DNA of 64,000 nucleotides from Bacilli bacterium (lineage in GTDB: Bacteria; Bacillota_I; Bacilli_A; RF39; UBA660): assembly GCA_017411405.1 (NCBI GenBank), contig JAFQQE010000010.1:29615-93614 (forward strand), written 5' to 3'. Within the stretch, counting starts at the first letter, position 1, and every line of letters begins with the position of its first letter. Under the pieces are notes generated by a model that did no database searches, was not told where the DNA came from, and saw only the letters and a program-made list of their open reading frames with translations. The translations under genes were made by a program, and so were the position numbers. Below are positions 20,372 to 30,160 of the stretch, piece by piece.

Positions 20372-21132
20372 AATGTTTTTTTCCTTTCTAGTTTCTTAGT
20401 TTCTTTTTTTAAAGAGTTTAAATGCTTTCTTGCATAATTTAATAACTCTTTTGCCTCTTCCTTATTTGTTATACTATTTATTATATCATCTATTTTTGGT
20501 ATATCAACGCTTTTTCTAAAAGCATTCCCTATTACTTTAGAACCTTGACTCATATTTTTATTAAACGTTTCTTTTTTCTTTTCGCTCATTTTATTTAAAA
20601 AAAGTTGCATTCTTTCTTCTTCTAATCTGGATAAATTATAATTCTGTAAATTAATACATTCGAAATTGATAAGCGCACATATTAATTCATATCCAAGTAC
20701 CGAATATAATAATACAGGATAAGGATTTGATAATATTATACTTATAGTAATTAGAATAATAGATAATAAAGTATTACCAATTAATCCTTTAATATGTATC
20801 TTTTTATTTAATTCTAAATATGTTCTAAATTCAAATGGATTATTAAAATCTATATGATAGTTTCTATTCTCTTTTTTATTTAATTCTTTTTTAAATTTTA
20901 ATTTTTCAAATCTATAAAATTCTATTATATTTTGTTTTTCCTTATCACTTTTACATCTTTTTAATTTGTTATCTCTTTTTCTATCACATTCTTTAAAATA
21001 CCACTTTTCAATATTTGGAAATAATTTATCTAATATGTAATATTTTAGTTTTTCTACTTTAAATACAATTTTTTGAAAGTGTTCTGCACCTAGCAATTTA
21101 TATAAAGTAATTTTTTTACCTTTGTATTTCAT
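20368..21132 (-). CDS. Hypothetical membrane protein.
   Basis: 254 aa with a central hydrophobic segment and basic N- and C-termini. Confidence 0.35.
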   Translation of the reverse strand: MKYKGKKITLYKLLGAEHFQKIVFKVEKLKYYILDKLFPNIEKWYFKECDRKRDNKLKRCKSDKEKQNIIEFYRFEKLKFKKELNKKENRNYHIDFNNPFEFRTYLELNKKIHIKGLIGNTLLSIILITISIILSNPYPVLLYSVLGYELICALINFECINLQNYNLSRLEEERMQLFLNKMSEKKKETFNKNMSQGSKVIGNAFRKSVDIPKIDDIINSITNKEEAKELLNYARKHLNSLKKETKKLERKKTL

Positions 21133-21246
21133 TTTTATCCCCTCTTAGAGTTATATATTATATCAACTTTCTTTTTTTTGTCAAATTCTTCAATTTGGTT
21201 TAAAATATTAATAATATAATGATATAATAGTTTTAAAGGTGATTAT

Positions 21247-22587
21247 ATGAAAACAACTCTATTAATTATATATAATAGATTAATTACATTAATTTGTAAG
21301 ATTTTTAAAAGAAATGGGAGCGTTTTTCCTGGAAGTTTAGTAAATAAACATGATAAAAATATTTTAAGAAAGATTAAATATCCTAAATACGTTATAGGAA
21401 TAACTGGTAGTAGTGGTAAAGGATCAACAACCAGTTTAGTTGCTTATGTACTAGAAAAAAGTGGATATAAAGTAGTATGGAATAAAAGTGGTTCTAATTT
21501 GATAAATGCTGCTACTACACTAATTTTAAATAATACTAATCCTATAACTAAAAAAGTTAATGCAGATATATTACTTATGGAATTAGATGAATCTTATATA
21601 TCACAAATATTTGATAAGAATACTATAACTCATTTATTAATTACTAATATAACTAGAGATCAACCAGCAAGAAATGGTCATCCAGAAATCATTTTAAATA
21701 AAATAATAAATAGTATTGGTGATAATACTCATGTAATAATTAATGTAGATGATCCATTCTTAAATAGAATAAAGTATACTCATCATGGGTTAGTTACTAC
21801 TTATGGAGTTAATAAAACTAAATACGATTCAGTTGAACCAATTAATAATTCGATAGATGCCTCTTATTGTCCTATTTGTGGTAAAAAATTAAAATATAAT
21901 TATTATCATACTGGTCATATAGGTAAATATAAATGTTTAAATTGTGATTTTGATAGAAATAAAGCAAATTTTGAAGCAAAAGATGTAGATTTAAAAAAAC
22001 AATTTATTACTATTAACGATTCTATCTATCATATAAATAAAGATGTGTTTTTTGCAGTATATTATACTTTAGCTGCTTATTCTTTATTAAAAACCATTGG
22101 TATAAATGATAATATTTTAAAGAAATATTTAAATGAAGAACCATTACAATCTAAAAGGATGAAAGAATACTATATTGATAATAGAAAAGTTAATATGATA
22201 GAAAGTAAAAATGAAAATAATTTAAGTTATTATGAATCATTGCATTATATAAGAGAACAACATACAAAAAAAACTGTAATATTAGGATTTGATAATGTAT
22301 CTAGAAGATATAATTTAAATGATCTAAGTTGGTTATATGATGTTAATTTTGAAATGTTAAATGATAAATATATAGATAAAATATTTATTATAGGAAGATT
22401 TAGATATGATGTTTTAACTAGACTTAATTATGCTAATATTGATAAAGATAAATTAGTTTTAATAGATAATATTGATACTTTAATTGAAAGAGTAAAAAAA
22501 GAAAGTGTTGGTAATATTTATACAATGGTTTGTTTTGATATGACTGAGATTATTAAAAAGATGATATTGGAGGATAACAATGGATAA
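21247..22587 (+). CDS. murT: Mur-ligase-family protein MurT (lipid II isoglutamine synthase subunit).
   Basis: Mur ligase P-loop GITGSSGKGSTT. C-terminal DUF1727-like region with a Cys4 ribbon CPICGKK...CLNCDF. Overlaps and is co-oriented with a GatD-like amidotransferase. Confidence 0.75.
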   Translation: MKTTLLIIYNRLITLICKIFKRNGSVFPGSLVNKHDKNILRKIKYPKYVIGITGSSGKGSTTSLVAYVLEKSGYKVVWNKSGSNLINAATTLILNNTNPITKKVNADILLMELDESYISQIFDKNTITHLLITNITRDQPARNGHPEIILNKIINSIGDNTHVIINVDDPFLNRIKYTHHGLVTTYGVNKTKYDSVEPINNSIDASYCPICGKKLKYNYYHTGHIGKYKCLNCDFDRNKANFEAKDVDLKKQFITINDSIYHINKDVFFAVYYTLAAYSLLKTIGINDNILKKYLNEEPLQSKRMKEYYIDNRKVNMIESKNENNLSYYESLHYIREQHTKKTVILGFDNVSRRYNLNDLSWLYDVNFEMLNDKYIDKIFIIGRFRYDVLTRLNYANIDKDKLVLIDNIDTLIERVKKESVGNIYTMVCFDMTEIIKKMILEDNNG

Positions 22588-23290
22588 AATACGTATTGCA
22601 CACCTTTATTATGATTTAATGAATCTTTATGGAGAATATGGTAATATTATGGCTTTAGTGAAAGGGTTTAATGATCAAGAATTGTATACTGAAGTTGTTA
22701 ATTTAACTATAGATGATAAAATTGATTTTAATAAATATGACATTTACTATATAGGATGTGGTAGCGAAGAAAATCAAAAATTAGTTATTGAAGATTTATT
22801 AAAATATAAAGATAAAATTAAAAAGTCTATAGAAAATGGAAAGTATTTTATATTTACTGGTAATAGCTATGAAATATTAGGTAAATATATTGAAAAAGTA
22901 AATGGAGAAAAGATAGAAACCTTAAATATATTTGACTTTTATTCTAAAGAAGTCGATAAAAGAATAATTGGCGAACAGGTAATGGAATCTAATTGCTTTA
23001 AGGAACCTATAATTGCTTTTCAAAATAGACAATGTGTTTTAAATAATAAAGATAATCATTTGTTTGAAGTTATTAATGGTTTTGCTGATAATAATAAGTC
23101 AAAATACGAAGGTATACATTATAAAAATTTATTTGCAACTTATAATTTAGGACCACTTCTTATTCGTAATCCTCTATTAAAAGATTATATAATAAAAAGT
23201 ATTTTAGATGAAAAAGAGATACTTTATAAAAAAGTATCTACAATTGACGAAAAAGCTTACAATGAATTTGTTAAGAATTTTATTTCTTAA
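22580..23290 (+). CDS. gatD: CobQ/CobB-type glutamine amidotransferase GatD (partner of MurT).
   Basis: 236 aa. YIGCGSE catalytic Cys region. 8-bp overlap with murT. Confidence 0.7.
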   Translation: MDKIRIAHLYYDLMNLYGEYGNIMALVKGFNDQELYTEVVNLTIDDKIDFNKYDIYYIGCGSEENQKLVIEDLLKYKDKIKKSIENGKYFIFTGNSYEILGKYIEKVNGEKIETLNIFDFYSKEVDKRIIGEQVMESNCFKEPIIAFQNRQCVLNNKDNHLFEVINGFADNNKSKYEGIHYKNLFATYNLGPLLIRNPLLKDYIIKSILDEKEILYKKVSTIDEKAYNEFVKNFIS

Positions 23291-23297
23291 CATTTTT

Positions 23298-24170
23298 TTA
23301 TTTTACTAATTTCATTACATTATTATTTAAATAATATAGTTGTTCATCTAACATATTTAAGTTATATTGAATCCATCTATTCCATGCTTCATTTGTTTCT
23401 TCTTTTGCTAAAAAAGCAATACGTCCTCTATAATCTCCTCTAGTTAATAAATAATTTTTAGATAAGTATAATAAAGGTTTAGTAAAACTTTTGGAATATA
23501 ATTCATTAGTATTTTTCCAAAATTCGGCATGTTGAACTAACCTTGATAATCTTGTATTTCCATCATCAAATGGTTGCATTACAGATATTAATGCATGAAA
23601 GATTATCGGTGTCATAAAAGGTTCTGACATTTTGTTATTATTTAAAAAATACATTGCTTTATCTACAGTTTCATTAATTTCATTACTAGGGATTGGGATA
23701 TAATCTATATTTTTAGTACCATCAGCATTAAAAGTTCCTACAAATTTAGTATCTGTACTTCTAAATTTTTCTGCTCCTATTTCACTTTTTGTTCCCCTCA
23801 TTAAAATTTTATGAAGACTTTTTAAATCTTCTTTTGTTAAATCTCTTTTTTCATTTGTTATTTTTATAATTGTATCTAATGAATTTTGTCTATACATATT
23901 ATTATATAAACTAATTAAAAACGAATCTTCTTTTTCAACATGTTGATTATTTAAAATTTCATGATACTTAATAGTTTCTAAATAGTGTTTTAATAATTTC
24001 TCATCAAAGTTTTCTATTAATTTTATATAATTTATATAATTATTAACTGTATCTTCTAAATGATATTTATTATTATCATTAATATTAATTTTATCTACAT
24101 TATCGACTAATTTCATATCATTTCCCCCTTTATTGCCGTATATGATATCAAAAAAACGAACATTTGTCAA
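23298..24170 (-). CDS. Fic/DOC-family protein (AMPylation / cell filamentation family).
   Basis: Fic motif HxFx(D/E)GNxR present as MQPFDDGNTRLSRLV. Confidence 0.8.
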   Translation of the reverse strand: MTNVRFFDIIYGNKGGNDMKLVDNVDKININDNNKYHLEDTVNNYINYIKLIENFDEKLLKHYLETIKYHEILNNQHVEKEDSFLISLYNNMYRQNSLDTIIKITNEKRDLTKEDLKSLHKILMRGTKSEIGAEKFRSTDTKFVGTFNADGTKNIDYIPIPSNEINETVDKAMYFLNNNKMSEPFMTPIIFHALISVMQPFDDGNTRLSRLVQHAEFWKNTNELYSKSFTKPLLYLSKNYLLTRGDYRGRIAFLAKEETNEAWNRWIQYNLNMLDEQLYYLNNNVMKLVK

Positions 24171-24197
24171 TTTTCAGCAAAAAAAAATTATTAAAGC

Positions 24198-24731
24198 TTA
24201 TTTTAAAGCGTTTAATAATTCATCTTTTTTCATTGTTGTATATCCACTAACACCTTTATCTTTAGCCATAGCTTTTAATTCAGCAACTGTTTTTTTAGAT
24301 AAATCTGTATCAGTAGTTTCTTCTTTATTTGTAGTAGTTGTAGTTTTAGTAGTAGTTTCTTTTTTTACTGTTTTACCTTCTAAAGCAGCTTTAGAAATGT
24401 TAACTAATTCACTAAATGCTTTAGCATTATCTATAGCTAATTCACTTAACATTTTTCTATTTATTTCAATTCCTGCTTTTGAAAGTCCATTAATAAATTT
24501 AGAGTAACTTATATTATTTAATCTACAAGCAGCATTGATTCTTGTAATCCATAATTTTCTAAAGTTTCTCTTATTTTGTTTTCTATCTCTATAAGCATAA
24601 GCTCCACTATGGAATAATTGTTCTTGAGCTGTTTTAAATAATCTATGTTTACTTCCAAAATATCCTTTTGCAGCTTTTAATACTTTTCTTCTTCTGTTTT
24701 TTGCAACAGGTCCGCCTTTAACTCTTGTCAT
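24198..24731 (-). CDS. rplT: 50S ribosomal protein L20 with a roughly 58-aa C-terminal extension (T-rich linker plus Rho_N/SAP-like helix-hairpin).
   Basis: The first roughly 118 aa match L20 ([26 protein letters not shown]...WITRINAA...). The extension [54 protein letters not shown] resembles the Rho N-terminal / SAP motif. Confidence 0.9.
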   Translation of the reverse strand: MTRVKGGPVAKNRRRKVLKAAKGYFGSKHRLFKTAQEQLFHSGAYAYRDRKQNKRNFRKLWITRINAACRLNNISYSKFINGLSKAGIEINRKMLSELAIDNAKAFSELVNISKAALEGKTVKKETTTKTTTTTNKEETTDTDLSKKTVAELKAMAKDKGVSGYTTMKKDELLNALK

Positions 24732-24745
24732 TACGCCTCACCCCA

Positions 24746-24934
24746 TTAGATGACATTTTTTAATTTGTCAACTGTTCCTTTCGATAATTTTCCTGCTTTT
24801 CTTCTTTGTCTAACTGCTTTTGCTGTATCTTTTGCAGTTTGGTGGTTTCCACCTGATTTTTTATAAGTGATTACTCCACTTTTATGTTTCTTTAAAACTT
24901 TACTACTAGCCTTATGTGTTTTTTGTTTTGGCAT
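24746..24934 (-). CDS. rpmI: 50S ribosomal protein L35.
   Basis: 62-aa basic protein MPKQKTHKASSKV..., located between infC and rplT. Confidence 0.9.
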   Translation of the reverse strand: MPKQKTHKASSKVLKKHKSGVITYKKSGGNHQTAKDTAKAVRQRRKAGKLSKGTVDKLKNVI

Positions 24935-24946
24935 ACTAATTCCTCC

Positions 24947-25474
24947 TTATTTTTTTGGTGCTAAAATCATAGTCATGTTTCTACCTACAAGTTCTGGTGC
25001 ACTCTCGATATCTGCAATATCACTTAATTCGTTTGCAAATCTTAATAATACATCACGACCTAATTCAGTGTGTGCAAGTTGACGTCCTTTAAATCTTAAA
25101 GATGCTTTGATTTTATGTCCTTTTGCTATATAATTAGCAGCATTCTTTTTACGAGTTTCAAAATCATGAATATCTATTGTTACTGAAAATTGATATTCTT
25201 TTATTTCTTTATTACTCTCTCTTTGTTTCTTCATTGCTTCTTTTTGTTTCTTTTGACGTTCATAACGGTATCTATTATAATCCATTATTTTTCCAACTGC
25301 ATGTCCTGGAGTTCCATTCATCAAAACTAAATCTAATCCAGCATAATTTGCTAAAGTCAATGCATCTGCAAGCTTTTTAGTTCCCATTTGTTCTCCATTT
25401 GGTCCTATAACCATTAATTCACTTACTCTTATTTGTTCATTGATCGGTAGATCATCTTTTTTAACGTTTGCTAT
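24947..25474 (-). CDS. infC: Translation initiation factor IF-3, probably with a non-AUG (AUA/AUU-type) start.
   Basis: The ORF-track segment 24947-25414 begins at an internal Met. In-frame upstream sequence reads I-ANVKKDDLPINEQIRVSELMVIGPNGEQ, matching the IF3 N-terminus. The RBS GGAGGTG lies 7 nt before the ATA codon at 25474. IF3 genes classically use non-AUG starts for autoregulation. Confidence 0.8.
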   Translation of the reverse strand: MANVKKDDLPINEQIRVSELMVIGPNGEQMGTKKLADALTLANYAGLDLVLMNGTPGHAVGKIMDYNRYRYERQKKQKEAMKKQRESNKEIKEYQFSVTIDIHDFETRKKNAANYIAKGHKIKASLRFKGRQLAHTELGRDVLLRFANELSDIADIESAPELVGRNMTMILAPKK

Positions 25475-25479
25475 AAAAA

Positions 25480-25600
25480 CGCACCTCCATAAATTTAAAA
25501 AGTGAATACAATTGTATCCACATAAAAACCTTATTAGTCTTTGGCTTTTTGCCTATTGCTTTTGCAATCAGGCGGATGTGGATTCATCGCTTTCCTTTTT
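25480..25600 (-). promoter_or_regulatory. Candidate L20-leader (ribosomal protein autoregulatory RNA structure) upstream of infC.
   Basis: GC-enriched segment caggcggatgtggattcatcgc. The minus-strand RNA shows a long-range pairing GAAUCCACAU...AUGUGGAUAC enclosing the hairpins UUGC-AAAA-GCAA and GGC-AAAAA-GCC, resembling the L20-binding leader of Firmicute infC operons. Confidence 0.4.
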
Positions 25601-25650
25601 TAATTCGTTATTATTATATCAAATATATCTAATTTGTCAATACATATTAT

Positions 25651-26472
25651 TTAAATTTCTTTATTATCTGGTATTAGCTTTTTTATTAAAGGTAAATCTT
25701 TTGTTTCTTCATAATACTTTTCATTAAATAATATGCTCTTTATATACTCTTTATTCTTAATTAAATCAGCAATTTTATATATTTTACTGTCCTTATCTAC
25801 TTTCTTTATAGATTTTATAAAATAGTCTACTGCAACAATACTTTCTGATATTATTGCAGATGATACTGCAACATTTTTTATAACATCTTTATTTTTTTCT
25901 ACTTCTTCTAATACATTAAGGGTTATATCTTTTGAATTGACTAAATATTCTAAACTGTTTTTATCTATTTTAACATTTTTTAAATTTTCTATTAATTCTG
26001 GTCCTAATCCGGTTAACAATAAACTAAATATAGATAATCCCATTACCCACATTTTAATTCTTCCTAGTTCACTTGACTTACCTACTGTACCTTTCATCAT
26101 ACCTTTATAATTTATTCCTGCTATAATTGTTTCTAAAGCAAGTGGAATAGTCATTATTGGATACATTGTACTTAATACTATAAGTATTACTATACCAAAA
26201 ACTTTATCAGCTGTCATATCTAAAATGCTGCCAAATACTGTACTTACACCCCAACGTCTCGCCAAGATTCCATCTACAAAATCAGTAAATAATATGGCAC
26301 TTACTACTAATAAAAATACTCCACTAGATAATGTATTAAATAATATTGGCATTAATACAGTACCTATTACTCTTGTAGAAGTTATAGTATTTACAATAAT
26401 TTTTTCTTTTGTTTTTTTCATATCTTCCCCCAAAATTAATATTATTATATTACTTATATTATTAATTGTCAA
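25651..26472 (-). CDS. CDP-alcohol phosphatidyltransferase family membrane protein.
   Basis: The motif D-G-x2-A-R-x8-G-x3-D-x3-D is present as DFVDGILARRWGVSTVFGSILDMTAD. Multiple TM helices. Confidence 0.7.
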   Translation of the reverse strand: MTINNISNIIILILGEDMKKTKEKIIVNTITSTRVIGTVLMPILFNTLSSGVFLLVVSAILFTDFVDGILARRWGVSTVFGSILDMTADKVFGIVILIVLSTMYPIMTIPLALETIIAGINYKGMMKGTVGKSSELGRIKMWVMGLSIFSLLLTGLGPELIENLKNVKIDKNSLEYLVNSKDITLNVLEEVEKNKDVIKNVAVSSAIISESIVAVDYFIKSIKKVDKDSKIYKIADLIKNKEYIKSILFNEKYYEETKDLPLIKKLIPDNKEI

Positions 26473-27103
26473 AAGTTAAATTATATGTTATTTCATTATA
26501 TTTAATATCAATTTTATTTATGTTATCTGTGTCGGTTTCAATATATATTTTTGTTATTATATCATCTATATTTATAGAATATTCATATGTTTTTATATTA
26601 TCTAAATCTTTTATATAAGCTCTATTTTCTTTTATTAATTTTATAATATAGTTTAAATTTAGAAACTTTATATCAAAAGAACTTTCTAATAAAATTTCTT
26701 CATTATTATTTATTTCATATAATGTCTCATTTTTTAAAATAATTTTTTTAATACCTTCATTACTTTCTAAATAACCGTTAATTATATTATTCTCTAAAGT
26801 TCCATTAATTGTATATGTTATTTCATCAATAGTAATTTTATAATTAATATTATGTTTTTTATTTAATAAATTTTCTTGTTTGTCGTTATAATTATCTATT
26901 AATTTGGTTGTTGTAGTTGTTTTATTATTGTTGCTATAAGTATTATCAATACCATCTGTTATATATGCTAAAATGATAAATAATAGAAAAAATATTAAAT
27001 AGCATAATAATTTAATTCCTGCTTTCTTTCTAGGATCTTTCCATGCTTCTTTCAATTTACTATAATTTTCTTTGAATTTACTTTGTTTTTCTTCATTCTT
27101 CAT
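26462..27103 (-). CDS. Hypothetical membrane-anchored protein.
   Basis: 213 aa, one TM after a basic N-terminus, N/T/I-rich ectodomain. Confidence 0.35.
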   Translation of the reverse strand: MKNEEKQSKFKENYSKLKEAWKDPRKKAGIKLLCYLIFFLLFIILAYITDGIDNTYSNNNKTTTTTKLIDNYNDKQENLLNKKHNINYKITIDEITYTINGTLENNIINGYLESNEGIKKIILKNETLYEINNNEEILLESSFDIKFLNLNYIIKLIKENRAYIKDLDNIKTYEYSINIDDIITKIYIETDTDNINKIDIKYNEITYNLTFDN

Positions 27104-28022
27104 TTATTTTAACTCCTAATATACTTTTTTTATCTATACCATTTAAATAAGAATTTGCTTGCATTTGTTTTTTTCCTGCAGGAATAAATTCTGTTATTAC
27201 TACTTCACCATCTTTACATGAAATACCTATACCATCTTTATATATGCTATTAACTGTACTTATCTTTCCATTTTTATTTTCATATCTTATACTTATTACT
27301 TTGTATTCTATACCATTTAATATAAAATAACTTCTAGGAAGTAATGCTCTTACCTTATTATATATTTCTTTATAAGTTTTATTAAAATCTATTTTTTCAT
27401 CTTCTCTTTTAATTGTATAAGCAAAAGTTACTTCGCTTTCGTTTTGTTTTATTCTTGTTATGTTTCCACTTATAATGTTAGGTAAAGCTTCTATTAATAA
27501 TTTACTTCCTAAAGTACTAAGCTTTTCACTTAGTGTATTTATATTATCATTATCTAAAATATTTATACTTTCTTTTTTTATTATATCTCCATCATCCATA
27601 CCTTCTGCCATATACATTATAGTTATACCTGTTTTATCATCACCATTTAAAATTGCAGCATGTATAGGAGCTCCTCCCCTATACTTTGGTAATAAGGATG
27701 CATGTACATTTATGCATTTATATTTTGGTAAGTCTAAAAGTATTTTTGGAATAATTTGTCCGTATGCACAAGTGATTATTATATCAGGATTAGTTTCTAT
27801 GATTTTTTCATAATCTTCTCTTATTTTATAAGGAGTAAATACTTCAATATTATTTTCTAGCGCTAATTGTTTTACAGGACTAGGTGTTAATACTTTCTTT
27901 CTACCTACATAAGCATCTGGTTGACTAACAACTAATACTACATTAGTATTTTCTATTAAAGTTTTTAATACTGGAACAGCAAAATCTGGTGTTCCCATAA
28001 ATACTACTTTTAAATTTTTCAT
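27093..28022 (-). CDS. fmt: Methionyl-tRNA formyltransferase.
   Basis: 309 aa. N-terminal VFMGTPDFAVP, and HASLLPKYRGGAPI (formyltransferase SLLP/His motif). Confidence 0.9.
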   Translation of the reverse strand: MKNLKVVFMGTPDFAVPVLKTLIENTNVVLVVSQPDAYVGRKKVLTPSPVKQLALENNIEVFTPYKIREDYEKIIETNPDIIITCAYGQIIPKILLDLPKYKCINVHASLLPKYRGGAPIHAAILNGDDKTGITIMYMAEGMDDGDIIKKESINILDNDNINTLSEKLSTLGSKLLIEALPNIISGNITRIKQNESEVTFAYTIKREDEKIDFNKTYKEIYNKVRALLPRSYFILNGIEYKVISIRYENKNGKISTVNSIYKDGIGISCKDGEVVITEFIPAGKKQMQANSYLNGIDKKSILGVKINEE

Positions 28023-28103
28023 ATTATCACTTCCATATTTATTATACTAAATATTTAAAGACATTTCATTAAAAAAGCAACTTTTTTGTTGCTTTTGATT
28101 TTT

Positions 28104-28706
28104 TTATACTTTCTTTAATACTTTTGTAGTATTTTTTACAAAAGTTTCCTCAAAGCTTATAATACTGTTTTTATATCTATTATATGCAAACTCATAATCC
28201 CCATTTGTTATTGCTTCTACGCAAGCATCAACTACATTATCATAAATATAATTATATATAATATCTTTTTTCTCTTCTTTTTCTATATTTTCTACAATTT
28301 TAGGTGCTATTTCATAATAATGTCTAACATCGCTTTCATTAACATAATTATCTCTAAACCATCTTAAAACTGTTAATTCAAAACAATCATCTTTAAATTC
28401 ATTTAAATAATGTTTCATACAAGCTGTTGTAAGATAGCAACCAGAACCGGAAGTATGAGTTTGCGTATTTTTTTCATCACTTCTATCGTTATCTGTTCTT
28501 TCCCAATTTCCATTTAAATCTGACTTAATATGTGATGAACTATGAGAATTATTATTGTAGGTTGATTTATCATAATAATCATATTTATATCCTTTTCCAT
28601 CATTATAAGGAGTTACTCTTAATTCTCTACCATCTTCTCCTACATATCTTTGTCTATGTATATCATATTCCATATTTTTTATTTTATCATAATCATTCTT
28701 ATCCAT
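28104..28706 (-). CDS. Cassette protein A2: hypothetical protein sharing a conserved Cys-containing domain (GCYLTTACMKHYLNEFKDDCFELTVLRWFRDNYV) with the 29397-29750 ORF.
   Basis: 200 aa. The DNA at about 28320-28440 is near-identical to 29420-29530. The N-terminal part has a YD-like stretch (YVGEDGRELRVTPYNDGKGYKYDYYD). Confidence 0.5.
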   Translation of the reverse strand: MDKNDYDKIKNMEYDIHRQRYVGEDGRELRVTPYNDGKGYKYDYYDKSTYNNNSHSSSHIKSDLNGNWERTDNDRSDEKNTQTHTSGSGCYLTTACMKHYLNEFKDDCFELTVLRWFRDNYVNESDVRHYYEIAPKIVENIEKEEKKDIIYNYIYDNVVDACVEAITNGDYEFAYNRYKNSIISFEETFVKNTTKVLKKV

Positions 28707-29028
28707 TTTTCTTCATTTTCCTTTCTCTATTATTATTTCTTAAATTATTAACATAGTTTTTATGTATTATTTTTTTATAATAAATATATATTAGAGAATA
28801 TAAATTTACTAAATCATACAAATTATCATATTTTTGATCCAAATAATTAATGTTTTCGTTTATAATTTCTAAATTAATTTCCTCTATTTTTTCTGTTTGT
28901 AGCAATATTTCAAATTCTCTGTATAAATTATTAATAATATTTAAATCTTCTTTATAAGTTTTTTCTGTTTTTAACAACTTTAAAATATCTATTATATTTT
29001 TTATATTATTATCTATATTTTTTACCAT
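28699..29028 (-). CDS. Cassette protein A1: small helical hypothetical protein, translationally coupled to A2.
   Basis: 109 aa with an 8-nt overlap to A2. Preceded by a conserved roughly 270-bp element. Confidence 0.4.
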   Translation of the reverse strand: MVKNIDNNIKNIIDILKLLKTEKTYKEDLNIINNLYREFEILLQTEKIEEINLEIINENINYLDQKYDNLYDLVNLYSLIYIYYKKIIHKNYVNNLRNNNRERKMKKNG

Positions 29029-29040
29029 TTTATCGTCCTT

Positions 29041-29350
29041 TCTTTTTTATTTATTTAGTAAATTTTTCTTATTATCACTTCCTAACAAAAAAAGAGGATA
29101 ATAAAACTTATCCTCCTCCAGCCAAAACATAAATGCACAAATCATTTAAGTTGTAAATATACTAACATTTTGTTAAAACTTATTTTTTATATCATGTATA
29201 AAATAATGATTTTTGCGTTTATATTAACTTTTTTTATTATTTTTAATCAAATAAATTCGTTTTAAACTGATTTTTAGGTGTTTTATACAATATAAAAAAT
29301 TATATGCAAAAAAAGTCTAGAAATTTTGTATTTTCTAGACTTTTGATTCT
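29041..29350. repeat. Copy 1 of a roughly 270-bp conserved non-coding element (direct repeat of 30161-30420) containing an intrinsic terminator hairpin.
   Basis: More than 90% identical by eye to 30161-30420. On the minus strand it contains GAGGATAAgttttTTATCCTC plus TTTTTTTG, about 60 nt upstream of the A1 start. Confidence 0.7.
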
Positions 29351-29396
29351 TAAGATGACGCCGTACAACAACCACCAGACATAAATTTGCACACTG

Positions 29397-29750
29397 TTAT
29401 ATTGGCTTGACATCTCTTTCATTAACATAATTATCTCTAAACCATCTTAAAACTGTTAATTCAAAACAATCATCTTTAAATTCATTTAAATAATGTTTCA
29501 TACAAGCTGTTGTAAGATAGCAATTACCTGTAGAGGTTGTTGTAATCGATTTGTTTTCATCATGATTTTTTACAGTAAAAGTTCTCTTTTCATGATCTAT
29601 ATTTACATGTGTAGCAGCATGTTTCTTATCTGGAGTATCACTATAAATAGACATAGATTTTTCTGTAAATTTTAAAGATTCTCCGCGTCCATTTATATAT
29701 GAATTAGTTTTATTATCTTTTGAAACTATCTTATCTTTATCATCTTTCAT
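29397..29750 (-). CDS. Cassette protein B2: 3'-truncated paralog of A2 (shares the CYLTTAC...RWFRDNYV domain).
   Basis: 117 aa. Homology to A2 ends abruptly at about 29405 (...NERDVKPI*), suggesting a recombination breakpoint. Confidence 0.5.
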   Translation of the reverse strand: MKDDKDKIVSKDNKTNSYINGRGESLKFTEKSMSIYSDTPDKKHAATHVNIDHEKRTFTVKNHDENKSITTTSTGNCYLTTACMKHYLNEFKDDCFELTVLRWFRDNYVNERDVKPI

Positions 29751-30142
29751 TTATATCTTTTATCCTTTCGAATTATACTATTTTCATTAATTTTTTTGCC
29801 TATTGGGCAACTACCATAATAAATAACAATGTCTAGCCAATTAACAATTTCTTCAAAATAAATTCCATCATAAGCATCAAATGGTATTTTAGATATTATT
29901 TTTTTTGCTTTTAACACTTCTTTTTCCGACATTTTTAATAAATCATTATTTTCTACAAAGTATTTTATCCATTTGTCTACTATCTTTAATAGTTCTTTGA
30001 AATATTCTTTATATTCTTCATAGGGTTTATATAACATTGAAACTTTAATATAAAATAATATTTTTGCTAAAGCTTCTTCTACTTCGTATCTATTAATAAT
30101 TATTAATTCGGATTTATTATTTTCGATTTGATTCTCTTTCAT
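29747..30142 (-). CDS. Cassette protein B1: small helical hypothetical protein, unrelated in sequence to A1, translationally coupled to B2.
   Basis: 131 aa with a 4-nt overlap to B2. Preceded by the second copy of the conserved element. Confidence 0.4.
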   Translation of the reverse strand: MKENQIENNKSELIIINRYEVEEALAKILFYIKVSMLYKPYEEYKEYFKELLKIVDKWIKYFVENNDLLKMSEKEVLKAKKIISKIPFDAYDGIYFEEIVNWLDIVIYYGSCPIGKKINENSIIRKDKRYK

Positions 30143-30160
30143 TATTTTATTCTTCCTTTC

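Noticed and set aside
24133-25082. Plus-strand ORFs (24133-24507, 24867-25082) overlapping rplT, rpmI and infC.
   Set aside because: They overlap highly conserved ribosomal and IF3 genes on the opposite strand, so they are shadow ORFs.
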